Assembly: GCA_018242145.1 (NCBI GenBank)
Contig: JAFECN010000327.1
Span: forward strand, 1-48,082
Direction of reading: 5' to 3'
Length of the DNA stretch: 48,082 nucleotides
Origin: Pseudomonadota bacterium
GTDB taxonomy: Bacteria; Pseudomonadota; Alphaproteobacteria; Micropepsales; Micropepsaceae
The notes below the pieces were generated by a model, which was not told the DNA's origin, did not search any database, and worked only from the letters and a program-made list of their open reading frames with translations. The translations under genes were made by a program, and so were the position numbers. This document shows positions 9,841 through 19,317 of the stretch, in pieces (position 1 is the stretch's first letter; the number at the start of each line of letters is the position of its first letter).

Positions 9841-11253
9841 TCAGGTCTTGTTGAGATCCAGCGCCGCATGGACCTGTCCATGCGCCGTGAACAGGGCCAG
9901 GAAACCCTTGTCGGTCCAGCCCAGCGTCGGCGTGCCGAAGCCTTCGACCGTGCCATAAAGGATGACGTCCTTGCCCTGCGGCTTGGCCAGCGCGCGCGTG
10001 ATGCCGGCTTCGAGCTTGTCCATGTCGTGCGCCACGTTGAAGACGAGATGCTGCTGAAGCTGCGCCGCCAGTTCGCCGCCCGCCAGCCAGTGCATCACCT
10101 TCAACAGCAGATCTTCCGTGCCGGTGTCGTAATGCACATTCACGACGCGCACGGTGTCGGTCGCCGCATCGAATACGGGGCGGCCGCGCAGATAGCCATT
10201 GCCGCAGGAATCGAACCAGCCGAACAAATCCCATTTCTGCGCCACGCAAAACCGCAGCGCGACCACGACATCATCGCGCGACGGCAGGATTTCCAGCTTC
10301 TGGATTTTGACGCGCGTGCTGCCCACATGCGGCGGCTTCTTGGCCAGCCGCGCCATGGCGAGCTTCGCCGCGTCCGCATAAGACAGCGTCACCGGAATCG
10401 TGAAAGCAAACTGGCTCGATGGAGTTGCGAGCGGTGCGGGCTTCGGCAGCGGACGCGGCGTGACGGGCGGCGGCGTATCCGCGACGACCACCCGGCCGCG
10501 CACGTCGGCGGCGAGCGAAATCCGCAGCGCGTCGCCGGTCGTCTCCACGCGCCCGATGCGCAGGGCCTGTGGCGTGAGCAGCAGCCATGCCAGGGGTTTC
10601 TTGCCGACGCGGATGGGCTTTTGCACCCGCGCCCACAATTTCTCGGCTTGCGGTTTCAGCTTGATCGCCGGGCCGAGCCGCTTGTCGAGCTGTTTGAAGA
10701 TCGCATCCGAGAGATGCTCGTCATTGTGGTTCCACAGATCGGTCACGCTCATATTCACGGGGCCGAGGCGCAGGTGGGAATCGGAAAGCCGAACGTCGCC
10801 GGTTGTCTTCGTCCGCACCTGCCAGTCGGGCGACAGCGACAGGCTGGAGAAGGCGCGTGCTTCGCCGATGGCGTTGGCGTCGCCGCCGCTTTTGAAGAAT
10901 CCGCCCTTCAGCGTCACATGCGCCATCACCGCGAAGGGCAGGTCTATGGCGATGCCGCCGTCGCGCGCCTGCGCGGTGATCGGCCCGGTGCGCGTGGCGA
11001 GCAGGTCCATTTTGCACTTGCCGATGAAGCATCCGACTCTGCGGTCCTGCATCTGGGCGATCTGCCGCTCCGTTTTCGCATTCAGCATCGCCACCAGATC
11101 GTTCATCGGCACCGTCAGCGAAACCGAGATGGTGGAGAGCGGCGGCGGCGGCGCGGGGCGCGGCGGCGTGCGCTGGGGCGCAGGCGCTTCGAAGCCGCAA
11201 CCTGCCAGGAGCGTCAGAAGAGCGAGGCAAACAGGAACGGCGGCTTTGCGCAT
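9841..11253 (-). CDS. DUF4403-like lipoprotein
   Basis: Lipobox LAGC, Pro-rich linker and beta-rich body (LWARVQKPIRV..AWLLLTP), recalled as DUF4403. Confidence 0.7.
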   Translation of the reverse strand: MRKAAVPVCLALLTLLAGCGFEAPAPQRTPPRPAPPPPLSTISVSLTVPMNDLVAMLNAKTERQIAQMQDRRVGCFIGKCKMDLLATRTGPITAQARDGGIAIDLPFAVMAHVTLKGGFFKSGGDANAIGEARAFSSLSLSPDWQVRTKTTGDVRLSDSHLRLGPVNMSVTDLWNHNDEHLSDAIFKQLDKRLGPAIKLKPQAEKLWARVQKPIRVGKKPLAWLLLTPQALRIGRVETTGDALRISLAADVRGRVVVADTPPPVTPRPLPKPAPLATPSSQFAFTIPVTLSYADAAKLAMARLAKKPPHVGSTRVKIQKLEILPSRDDVVVALRFCVAQKWDLFGWFDSCGNGYLRGRPVFDAATDTVRVVNVHYDTGTEDLLLKVMHWLAGGELAAQLQQHLVFNVAHDMDKLEAGITRALAKPQGKDVILYGTVEGFGTPTLGWTDKGFLALFTAHGQVHAALDLNKT

Positions 11254-11299
11254 CGCCACAGTGTGGCGCACGCCGCGGCACAAGAAAATGGTGGGAAGA

Positions 11300-12064
11300 T
11301 TAGGCCGCCGTAACCTGGCGCGCGGTTCCGCGGATGGCATCGCCGAAGGCGGAGAAGATCGCCCGGCTCTGCGGGTTCTCCCGCCAGCGCCATTCCGGGT
11401 GCCATTGCACGGCGAACAGGAAACCTTTGGCGCCCGGCATGGAAACGGCTTCGATCTGTCCATCGGGGGCTTTGGCGTCCGCGTGCAGTCCGGGCGCGAT
11501 CCTGTCGATGCCCTGGCTGTGCAGCGAGTTCACCTTGAATGTCTTCTCGCGAACCATTTGGGAAAGCAGGCCACCCGGTTGCACGACCACGTCATGCGCG
11601 GGGCCGTATTGCGTATCGAGATCGGCGTCCTTGTTCTCGCGGTGATCCATCCGCCCGGCGACTTCGTGGACATGCTGATGGAGCGTGCCGCCTAGCGCGA
11701 CATTCAATTCCTGAAAGCCGCGGCACACGCACAGAAGCGGCGTGCCTTTTTCGATGGCGGCTTTGAGCAGCGGCAGGGTCGTCGCGTCGCGGTTCTCATC
11801 CTGCATCACGCCTTCGCGCGGCGCGGCGCCGTTATAATGCTTCGGCGCAACGTTGGACGGCGAGCCGGTGAAGAACAGCCCGTCCACGCTTTCCAGAATT
11901 TCGGCGGGCGGGATCGCATTGGGCAGAACCGGAATGAGAAGCGGCAGCGCCTGCGCGCCGTCGCGCACGGCGGTGACGTATTTCTCGCCCGCCATGTGAA
12001 ACGGGTGATGGCCCACCATGCGGTGATCGCAGGGAATGCCGACGATGAAGGGGCGCTTGCTCAT
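11300..12064 (-). CDS. puuD: Gamma-glutamyl-gamma-aminobutyrate hydrolase family (peptidase C26, PuuD/SpuA-like)
   Basis: TGSPSNV, CVCRGFQELNVALGG, VNSLHSQG and VQWHPEW motifs. Confidence 0.88.
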   Translation of the reverse strand: MSKRPFIVGIPCDHRMVGHHPFHMAGEKYVTAVRDGAQALPLLIPVLPNAIPPAEILESVDGLFFTGSPSNVAPKHYNGAAPREGVMQDENRDATTLPLLKAAIEKGTPLLCVCRGFQELNVALGGTLHQHVHEVAGRMDHRENKDADLDTQYGPAHDVVVQPGGLLSQMVREKTFKVNSLHSQGIDRIAPGLHADAKAPDGQIEAVSMPGAKGFLFAVQWHPEWRWRENPQSRAIFSAFGDAIRGTARQVTAA

Positions 12065-12142
12065 GGCGCGAAACCTCGCATGGCCGCGCGCGGAACGGCA
12101 AGGCGCGCCGGGCGCCGGGCCGCCTTGCCGCGCGGGCAATGG

Positions 12143-12733
12143 TTATTTGGTGATCTTGAAGGCGGACGCCGGCAAATCCACGCCCTCCTGCACATCGTTG
12201 ATGCTGACCGTGGTGGGAAGCCCCTGGGCGTCCATGATGGTCCACTGGCGCAACTCCAGCCCCGGATCGGTGAACACGATGGTGATGTTGCCGGTGGCGT
12301 TGCGGTCGTTCGCGCGCGCCTTGACGAGGATCTCGCCGGGGGTGTGCTCCACGCCCAGCACATTGGCGCTGCGTTTCAGATCCAGATGATCCGACAGCAA
12401 CAGGTTCAGCGGCGTGCCGTTCAGCGGATAGCGGTTCGCGGTGTGCAGCCTGGTGTTATAGACCGCGATGCCGATGCCGTCGCCGATCACCAGCGTCGGA
12501 TTGGGCGGATCGTAATCGAAGCGGATCTTGCCCGGCTTCAGGATATAGAACTTGCCCTGATCGACCTGGCCCTGCGGCCCGATCTGGGTGAATCCGCCGC
12601 GCATCGTCTTGATGGCGTTGAGCGCGGCGCTGATGCGGTCGAGATCGGCCGCCTGTTGCGCGGTCCATTTGGCGGCATGGGCTGGCGCGGCGGCGGCCAG
12701 CGCCATCAGAAGGGCAAGAAGCAATCGGCGCAT
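12143..12733 (-). CDS. lolA: Outer-membrane lipoprotein carrier protein LolA family
   Basis: Signal peptide; FTQ..G.FYILKPGKIRFDYDPP, TPL.LLL and LRQWTI.DAQG motifs. Confidence 0.85.
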   Translation of the reverse strand: MRRLLLALLMALAAAAPAHAAKWTAQQAADLDRISAALNAIKTMRGGFTQIGPQGQVDQGKFYILKPGKIRFDYDPPNPTLVIGDGIGIAVYNTRLHTANRYPLNGTPLNLLLSDHLDLKRSANVLGVEHTPGEILVKARANDRNATGNITIVFTDPGLELRQWTIMDAQGLPTTVSINDVQEGVDLPASAFKITK

Positions 12734-12777
12734 GTGCGCAGCAGATAAAGAGTTTTTGTGGCGGAAAAAAGAGCCGG

Positions 12778-13413
12778 TCAGGCCACCGCGTGCGACGCCT
12801 TGCGCGTCTCTTCGCGCGCCGCGCCCGCATGGGGGCACAGGCCCTGGAACATCAGATTCAGCACGCCGTCCAGCTCCCGCTCCAGCTTGGCGAGGCTGAG
12901 CTTGGACCAGAGCTGAGGATAGCGGAACTTCATCGTCGCCGACTGGATCATCTCGGCGATCTCTTCCTTGTCGCCCGGCGGAATCATCTCGCCGCGCTTT
13001 TCGGCTTCTTCCATCAGTTCCACCAGAATGGTGCGCTCATTGGCGAGCATCCAGTTGATGAATTGCGGCCGCTCATGGCCGATCTGCGTCGCCATCTCCA
13101 GCACGCGCGGATCTTTCTCCAGCTTGTGATAGGTGCGGCGCAGTTCCGCGAACAGAAGATCGCGCAGGCGGTCGCGCGCATCCTTGCCCGGCGCCAGCGC
13201 GATCTTGCGGGCCTGTGCCAGATGGGCTTCATAGTCTTCGCTCGCGATCGCTTCGGCGATATCGAGCTTGCCGGGGAAGAAACGATAGAGGTTTCCGGGC
13301 GACATGCCGCAGTCGGTGGCGATTTCCGCCATGGTCGTCTTGCCATACCCAAAATGCGAAAAGCGTTTTTTGGCGGCTTCAACGATCTTGTCGCGGACAG
13401 TGTCCTTGCTCAT
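12778..13413 (-). CDS. TetR/AcrR family transcriptional regulator
   Basis: N-terminal HTH GYGKTTMAEIATDCGMSPGNLYRFFPGK. Confidence 0.93.
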   Translation of the reverse strand: MSKDTVRDKIVEAAKKRFSHFGYGKTTMAEIATDCGMSPGNLYRFFPGKLDIAEAIASEDYEAHLAQARKIALAPGKDARDRLRDLLFAELRRTYHKLEKDPRVLEMATQIGHERPQFINWMLANERTILVELMEEAEKRGEMIPPGDKEEIAEMIQSATMKFRYPQLWSKLSLAKLERELDGVLNLMFQGLCPHAGAAREETRKASHAVA

Positions 13414-13534
13414 GGCGTCGCTTCCTCCCCCGGGTTGTTGTTCTTTGTTCTGTGAGGAAATGTAGGCGCTTTTTGTAAATAATCAACAAAGTATTCAGTC
13501 TTTCGTCTGGAGAGGCAGCTCGGAATTCGGCGGA

Positions 13535-14539
13535 ATGTCAGGGAAATCAGGATCTTATAAGAGTCTCGCGGTCATCGGCGCCGGTGCGTGGGGAACGGCT
13601 TTGGGCGTTGCCGCTGCGCTGGCCGGGCGCGCTGTCACGGTTTGGGCGCGGGAATCCGCGGTGGTCGATTCCATCAATTCGAAACATGAGAATGTCCTTT
13701 TCCTGCCCGGCATCGCGCTGCCCGCGGCGATCACGGCAACCGGTGACATGGCGAAAGCCGCAGGCGCGGATGCGCTTCTGATCGGCGCGCCGGCGCAGCA
13801 TCTGCGCGCCACGCTCGCGGCGTTGAAGCCGCATCTGCCGCCGCGCAAGCCGCTGGTGCTCTGCGCGAAAGGGATCGAACGCGACAGCCACAAGCTGATG
13901 ACGGAAGTGCTCGTCGAATGTCTGCCCGATTGCGAGCCCGCGATCTTATCCGGGCCTTCCTTCGCCAAGGATGTCGCGCGCAGCCTTCCGACCGCCGTCA
14001 CCATCGCCGCGAGGCCCGATGTCGCGCGCGCGCTGCAGGAAGCGTTCGGCCATCTCACCTTCCGTCCCTATGCGAGCGACGATCTTCCCGGCGTGGCGCT
14101 CGGCGGCGCGGCGAAGAACGTCTATGCCATCGCCTGCGGAATCGTGATGGGCATGGGCTTGGGCGAAAGCGCGCGGGCCGCGCTTCTGTCGCGCAGTTTC
14201 GCCGAACTCTGCCGCTTGGGCGAAGCGATGGGTGCGCGCAGCGAAACGCTGATGGGATTGTCGGGGCTGGGCGATCTGGTTCTGACCGCCACCAGCGCAT
14301 CCTCGCGCAACTATGCGTTCGGCCTCGATGTCGGCAAGGGCTTGCCGCGCGAGGAACTCTACACGCCCGGCCGCCCGCTTGCCGAGGGCATCGCAACCGC
14401 GCCCGCACTTGTCGCGCGCGCCCATGCGCACAAGGTCGAGCTTCCCATCGCGCAGACCACGGCGGAGATTCTGGACGGAACAATCGCGCTCGCCGACGCC
14501 GTTCCGCATCTGATGTCGCGCCCTCTCAAGACGGAGTGA
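13535..14539 (+). CDS. gpsA: NAD(P)H-dependent glycerol-3-phosphate dehydrogenase
   Basis: GAGAWGTAL, KGIE, SGPSFA, GAAKNVYAIACG, GLGDLVLT and SRN motifs. Confidence 0.95.
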   Translation: MSGKSGSYKSLAVIGAGAWGTALGVAAALAGRAVTVWARESAVVDSINSKHENVLFLPGIALPAAITATGDMAKAAGADALLIGAPAQHLRATLAALKPHLPPRKPLVLCAKGIERDSHKLMTEVLVECLPDCEPAILSGPSFAKDVARSLPTAVTIAARPDVARALQEAFGHLTFRPYASDDLPGVALGGAAKNVYAIACGIVMGMGLGESARAALLSRSFAELCRLGEAMGARSETLMGLSGLGDLVLTATSASSRNYAFGLDVGKGLPREELYTPGRPLAEGIATAPALVARAHAHKVELPIAQTTAEILDGTIALADAVPHLMSRPLKTE

Positions 14540-14543
14540 AGAA

Positions 14544-14834
14544 ATGCTGTTCGTGCTCACCGCCATCGACAAGGACAACGGACTGGAGTTGCGCAAGAGC
14601 GTGCGCGAGGCCCATCTGGCGTTCCTCAAGGAAACCGGCGCCGCGCGTCTGGGCGGACCGTTCCTGGACGGCGCCGGAAACATGATCGGCAGCATGCTCA
14701 TCTTCGAAGCCGAAGACATGGAGCGCGCAAAAGCGTGGAGCGCGAAGGACCCTTATGTGAAGGCCGGGCTGTTCCAGTCCACCGACATTCGTCCGTGGAA
14801 GGCCACAGTCAATGTCTGCGAGGCCAAGCTATGA
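14544..14834 (+). CDS. YciI family protein
   Basis: R..VREAHLAFL, GGP, GSMLI and DPYVKAGLF motifs. Confidence 0.9.
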   Translation: MLFVLTAIDKDNGLELRKSVREAHLAFLKETGAARLGGPFLDGAGNMIGSMLIFEAEDMERAKAWSAKDPYVKAGLFQSTDIRPWKATVNVCEAKL

Positions 14835-15247
14835 ATTACTGGCTGTTCAAGACAGAGCCCGAAACCTTTTCGTGGGCGATGCAGAAGAAGAAGGGCGCGA
14901 AGGGCGAGCCGTGGAGCGGCGTGCGCAATTTCGCCGCCGCCAAGCACATGAAGGCGATGAAGAAGGGCGACCTCGGCTTCTTCTATCACACCGGCGACGA
15001 GAAGCAGATCGTCGGCATTGTCGAGGTGATCGCCGAATACAAACCCGATCCCACCGACGAGACCGGCAAGTTCGGATTGGTCGATGTGAAAGCGGTGAAG
15101 GATGTGCCCAGGCCGGTGACGCTGGCCGAGGTGAAGTCCGATTCCGGGCTGAAGACCATGGTGCTGGTGCGCGAACCGCGCCTGTCGGTTCAGCCCGTCA
15201 CAGAGGCCGAGTGGAAACACATCTGCAAGCTGGGCGGCGTGAAGTAG
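14831..15247 (+). CDS. EVE domain-containing protein
   Basis: YWLFKTEP, WSGVRNF, FFYH and RLSVQPV motifs. ATGA overlap with the YciI gene. Confidence 0.93.
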   Translation: MNYWLFKTEPETFSWAMQKKKGAKGEPWSGVRNFAAAKHMKAMKKGDLGFFYHTGDEKQIVGIVEVIAEYKPDPTDETGKFGLVDVKAVKDVPRPVTLAEVKSDSGLKTMVLVREPRLSVQPVTEAEWKHICKLGGVK

Positions 15248-15730
15248 CTATTTCTTGTCCGCCGAATAGAGCACCGTGCCGTCGTCCGACGTAACGCTGT
15301 GCAGCTTCACGCAGGCCGGATTGGAAATCTGCCGGCAGACGAGGTCGGCTTCCATCCGGTATTTGGAGACGGTCGTGGCCGCGGTGCAGGCGTAGCGGCC
15401 CTGCTTGGCGGTCGTTTGCGGCAAGGTGCTGGCAAGCTGTCCGAAGGGCGGCACGATGCCCATGTTCTTCGCGTTCAAAAGGTCGATCGCGCAGAACATC
15501 ATGGCGGCTCTGGCCTTGGCCTCCAACGCCGCCTCCTTCGCGGATTTCGGATTTGCGGCCGCGGTGACCGGTGCGGACTGCTGTTGCTGCGCCGCGATCG
15601 TTTCCTGATGGCTCTGCCAGCCAAAATATATGGCGACGACGATCGCAATCGCGAAGCCGCCGATCAGAACGACACGCGCCCAGAACCAGTCGCGCGCGGT
15701 GCCGCGTCTCATATCGTCATGGTCGGTCAT
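15248..15730 (-). CDS. Hypothetical membrane-anchored protein
   Basis: One N-terminal TM helix and a four-Cys C-terminal domain. Typical codon usage; GGGGA RBS. Confidence 0.75.
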   Translation of the reverse strand: MTDHDDMRRGTARDWFWARVVLIGGFAIAIVVAIYFGWQSHQETIAAQQQQSAPVTAAANPKSAKEAALEAKARAAMMFCAIDLLNAKNMGIVPPFGQLASTLPQTTAKQGRYACTAATTVSKYRMEADLVCRQISNPACVKLHSVTSDDGTVLYSADKK

Positions 15731-15753
15731 GGGGTCCCCGAAAAACCTCTGCC

Positions 15754-17253
15754 TTAACGCATGGTTGGAATATTGAAGTCCGGATTTTCGCGGACGCCGC
15801 CTTTGGGCCAGCGCTGCGTCACGGTCTTGATCTTGGTCCAGAAGCGCACGCCCTCGGTGCCGTGCTGGTTGGTGTCGCCGAAGGCCGAACGCTTCCAGCC
15901 GCCGAAGGTGTGATAGGCCAGCGGCACCGGGATCGGAATATTGATGCCGACCATGCCGACATTCACCTTGGCCGCGAATTCGCGCGCCGCATCGCCGTCG
16001 CGCGTGAAGATGGCGACGCCATTGCCGTAAGAGTGGGTGGAGGGCAGGGAAATGGCCTCGTCGAAATCATGTGCCCGCGCAATCTGCAGCACCGGCCCGA
16101 AGATTTCTTCTTGATAAGTTTTCATGTTGGGCGTCACGCGATCGAACAGCGAACCGCCGAGATAAAAGCCCTTGTCGTAGCCCTGCATCTTGAAGCCGCG
16201 GCCATCGACGACCAGTTCCGCGCCTTCCTTCACGCCCATGTCGATGTAGTCCATCACCTTCTGGCGCTGGGCCGCCGTCACCATCGGGCCGTAAGAGGCT
16301 TCCGGATCGGTGGGGATGCCGACGCGCAAGCTCTCCACGCGCGGCTTCAGCTTCTTCACCAGCGCATCGGCGGTCTTCTCGCCGACGGGAACGGCGACCG
16401 AGATCGCCATGCAGCGCTCGCCCGCCGAGCCATAGCCCGCGCCGATCAATTCATTTGTCACCTGATCCAGATCGGCGTCCGGCATGATGATGGCGTGGTT
16501 CTTCGCGCCGCCCATCGCCTGCACGCGCTTTCCGTGCTGGGTGCCGCGCGAATACACATATTCGGCGATGGCGGTGGAGCCCACGAAGCTCACCGCTTTG
16601 ATGTCGGGATCTTCGAGAATGGCATCCACGGCTTCCTTGTCGCCGTTGACGACCTGCAGAACCCCGGCCGGTGCCCCGGCCTCCATCATCAGCTCCGCCA
16701 GGCGCATGGGCACCGACGGGTCTTTCTCGGAGGGCTTGTTGATGAAGCAGTTGCCGCAGGCGATGGCGACGCCGAACATCCACATCGGGATCATCGCCGG
16801 GAAGTTGAACGGCGTGATGCCGGCGACGACGCCGAGCGGCTGGCGCATCGAATAGATGTCGATGCCGGGACCGGCGCCTTCGGTGTATTCGCCTTTCTGC
16901 AGATGCGGGATGCCGCAGGAGAATTCGATCACTTCAAGGCCGCGCTGCACGTCGCCGCGCGCGTCGGCCAGCACCTTGCCGTGCTCGTCGGAGAGCATGC
17001 GCGCCAGCTTGTCCATGTCGCGCTCGACCAGCGATTTGAAGTTGAACATCACGCGCGCGCGGCGCTGCGGATTGACGGCGGCCCATTCGGGGAAAACCTT
17101 GAGCGCGGCGTCCACGGCCTTGCGCATCTCGGCGCGGCTGGCCAGCGCGACCTTCGCCTGAATCTCGCCCGTCGCGGGATTGAACACGTCGCCAAAGCGG
17201 CCCGATGTGCCCGCAACAACCTTCCCGGAAATGAAATGACCGATCTCTTTCAT
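15754..17253 (-). CDS. mmsA: CoA-acylating (methyl)malonate-semialdehyde dehydrogenase
   Basis: ITPFNFPAMIP, KPSEKDP, MGGAKNH, GERCMAIS and EIFGPVL motifs. Confidence 0.95.
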   Translation of the reverse strand: MKEIGHFISGKVVAGTSGRFGDVFNPATGEIQAKVALASRAEMRKAVDAALKVFPEWAAVNPQRRARVMFNFKSLVERDMDKLARMLSDEHGKVLADARGDVQRGLEVIEFSCGIPHLQKGEYTEGAGPGIDIYSMRQPLGVVAGITPFNFPAMIPMWMFGVAIACGNCFINKPSEKDPSVPMRLAELMMEAGAPAGVLQVVNGDKEAVDAILEDPDIKAVSFVGSTAIAEYVYSRGTQHGKRVQAMGGAKNHAIIMPDADLDQVTNELIGAGYGSAGERCMAISVAVPVGEKTADALVKKLKPRVESLRVGIPTDPEASYGPMVTAAQRQKVMDYIDMGVKEGAELVVDGRGFKMQGYDKGFYLGGSLFDRVTPNMKTYQEEIFGPVLQIARAHDFDEAISLPSTHSYGNGVAIFTRDGDAAREFAAKVNVGMVGINIPIPVPLAYHTFGGWKRSAFGDTNQHGTEGVRFWTKIKTVTQRWPKGGVRENPDFNIPTMR

Positions 17254-17434
17254 GGCGTCTTCCCACCTTTTGTTATGGGCCAAGGGGCTGTCTGGCCGCA
17301 GGTGGTTTAGCGAAGCGGTCCGCGGGCAGCAAGCAAAGCGCTGTCGCGGGGCCGCCCATGATGAAGGGTGTGAAAAGCCCTGTAAGGAACGTGCTTGCGG
17401 GCGATGCCGCGAGCAACCTTTTGCCATGCGGCGC

Positions 17435-17470
17435 AAACAAAAAGGGCCGCACCCGAAGGTGCAGCCCTTG
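17435..17470 (-). terminator. Intrinsic terminator downstream of the AprI-like gene
   Basis: AAGGGCTGCACC-TTCG-GGTGCGGCCCTT followed by TTTGTTT on the minus strand (UUCG tetraloop). Confidence 0.85.
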
Positions 17471-17493
17471 TTGCCCGAAGAGCCGGAGATGCT

Positions 17494-17829
17494 TTAGCGG
17501 GCCAGCGCCACGACGCGGCCATCGGCCACGCGCTTGCCCTGATAGGTGTCGCCCTTGGGCGAGAGATAGGCGACCAGGGAGTCATTGTTGGACAGCAGTT
17601 GCAGACGCGAACCGACCGCCTTCCAGTGCCCCACGGCGTCGCCGCCATTGCTGCAATCGCCGCTGTTGGTGACGTTGCCGTCATCGGCGAGGTTCAGGGT
17701 GCAGGGCGCATCGGCCGAGCCGACCGTGAGCTTCCAGGCGCCGGTGACCGCGGTGTCCGCAGCGTGGGCCGCGCCAATGAGACCGAGAGCGACGATGCCG
17801 CCGAGAGCGAGAGAGTGAAGTTTGCGCAT
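17494..17829 (-). CDS. Secreted AprI/Inh-like (metalloprotease inhibitor fold) protein
   Basis: Signal peptide; G.W.L....C.L.L, a second Cys, then W....L.L pattern. GGAGG RBS. Confidence 0.65.
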   Translation of the reverse strand: MRKLHSLALGGIVALGLIGAAHAADTAVTGAWKLTVGSADAPCTLNLADDGNVTNSGDCSNGGDAVGHWKAVGSRLQLLSNNDSLVAYLSPKGDTYQGKRVADGRVVALAR

Positions 17830-18135
17830 TAGTGAATGCCTCCGTAAGTATTCAGTGTTCAGGACAATAGGTACTGACCTCAGCCGGGAGAAGTGTCAAA
17901 ACCGCATAGGCCGCAAATTTTTTTGCATACCCAGGGTTTCCGCTGATTTTCCCGCTCAGAAAGGCCCCTGCTCGTCCAACTCTGACATTCTGTCAGTAAA
18001 TTTTCCGCGGTGCAACATGGCTGCTCGCATCTGCACAATAATTTTCGGTCATGCGGATGAGGCTTCCGAGCAGCAAAATCTTGACGCCGCCCGCCGCCCG
18101 GCCCGTGATAGCCGCAACCGCCCGGAGGACCCGCC

Positions 18136-19011
18136 ATGCCCCGCCTGACCATCACCCCGCTGACCCCGACCATCGGGGCCGTCATCGGCAATGTGGACTT
18201 GTCCAAGACGCTGGACGGCGAGCAGATCGCCGACATCCGCGCGGCGCTGCTCCAGCACAAGGTCGTCTTCTTCGAGGACCAGCACATCACGCCCGTGCAG
18301 CATCGCGATTTCGCCGCGCGCTTCGGCGATCTGCACACCCACCCGCTTTATCCCGGCGTGCCCGAGGCGCCCGAGATGTTCATCCTCGACAACCACGCCA
18401 GCAATCCGACCGACAACGACGCCTGGCACACCGATGTGACCTTCATCGAAACGCCGCCGCTGGGCGCGATCCTCTACGCGAAGCTGCTGCCGGAGAACGG
18501 CGGCGACACCTGCTGGGCGAACATGCAGGCCGCGTATGAGGCGCTGTCGAAGCCGTTGCAGCGCTTCCTGTCCGAACTCGACGCGGTGCACGATTTCAAT
18601 CGCGGCTTTCCGGCCAAGCGCACGGTGGCGCAGGCTGCCGGCGCGGAAAAATACACGAAGGCCGCCGAGGAGCATCCGCCCGTCGTCCATCCCGTCGTGC
18701 GCACCCATCCGGAAACCGGCGCCGACGGCTTGTTCGTGAATTACGGCTTCACCGAGCGGCTCAAGGGCCTGCGCCGCAACGAAAGCGAAGCGTTGCTCAA
18801 CATGCTGTTCGTCCACATCCAGAAGCCGGAATTCCAGGTGCGCTGGAAGTGGAAACCCAATTCCATCGCCTTCTGGGACAACCGCATCACGCAGCATTAT
18901 GCGGTGAACGACTATCTGCCCGCGCGCCGCGTCATGCACCGCGCGACGATCCTGGGCGACCGCCCCTACAACCGCGCGCGCAAGCCGCTCGACAGGATCG
19001 CGGCGGAATAA
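18136..19011 (+). CDS. tauD: TauD/TfdA family dioxygenase (taurine dioxygenase-like)
   Basis: WHTDVTF, HPVVRTHPETG, WDNR.TQHYA and MHRATI motifs. GGAGGA RBS. Confidence 0.88.
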   Translation: MPRLTITPLTPTIGAVIGNVDLSKTLDGEQIADIRAALLQHKVVFFEDQHITPVQHRDFAARFGDLHTHPLYPGVPEAPEMFILDNHASNPTDNDAWHTDVTFIETPPLGAILYAKLLPENGGDTCWANMQAAYEALSKPLQRFLSELDAVHDFNRGFPAKRTVAQAAGAEKYTKAAEEHPPVVHPVVRTHPETGADGLFVNYGFTERLKGLRRNESEALLNMLFVHIQKPEFQVRWKWKPNSIAFWDNRITQHYAVNDYLPARRVMHRATILGDRPYNRARKPLDRIAAE

Positions 19012-19014
19012 GGA

Positions 19015-19317
19015 TCAGTCTTGCGGAAACAGGATGGCTTCGTAGTCTCGCGCGCCGTGAAGAATGTGCACGATCTCCACGGTTTTTGTCAGGACGACAT
19101 AGAAGATCAGATAGTCGCCATAGGTCCGTTTGCGGATGCCGGAGCGCCGATGATGCGTGAGCAATGGAAAGGCTCTCGGCATGGCACCAAGCCGGAGACA
19201 GGCGTTTTCCAGTTCCGTCACAAAACTCTGCGCACGCGCCGGATTGTCTTCCGCGATAAAGAGCGCAATGTCCGTCAAATCGCGCGTGGCGCGCTCTGAC
19301 AGGCGGACATCAAGCAC
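19015..19317 (-). CDS. parE: Type II toxin, RelE/ParE family
   Basis: A..DL.DI..FIAEDNP..A, YLIFY and ILHGARD motifs. Confidence 0.9.
   Translation of the reverse strand: MLDVRLSERATRDLTDIALFIAEDNPARAQSFVTELENACLRLGAMPRAFPLLTHHRRSGIRKRTYGDYLIFYVVLTKTVEIVHILHGARDYEAILFPQD

Noticed and set aside
9746-10249. Long N-terminal extension of the GST ORF
   Set aside because: It overlaps the DUF4403-like gene in another frame; a high-GC open-frame artefact.
14831-15247. EVE protein as part of a modification-dependent defence system
   Set aside because: Stand-alone EVE in the usual gpsA-yciI-EVE context, with no nuclease partner.
17412-17426. Sigma54 promoter upstream of mmsA (TGGCAAAAGGTTGC)
   Set aside because: GG-to-GC spacing is 9 nt, not the required 10.
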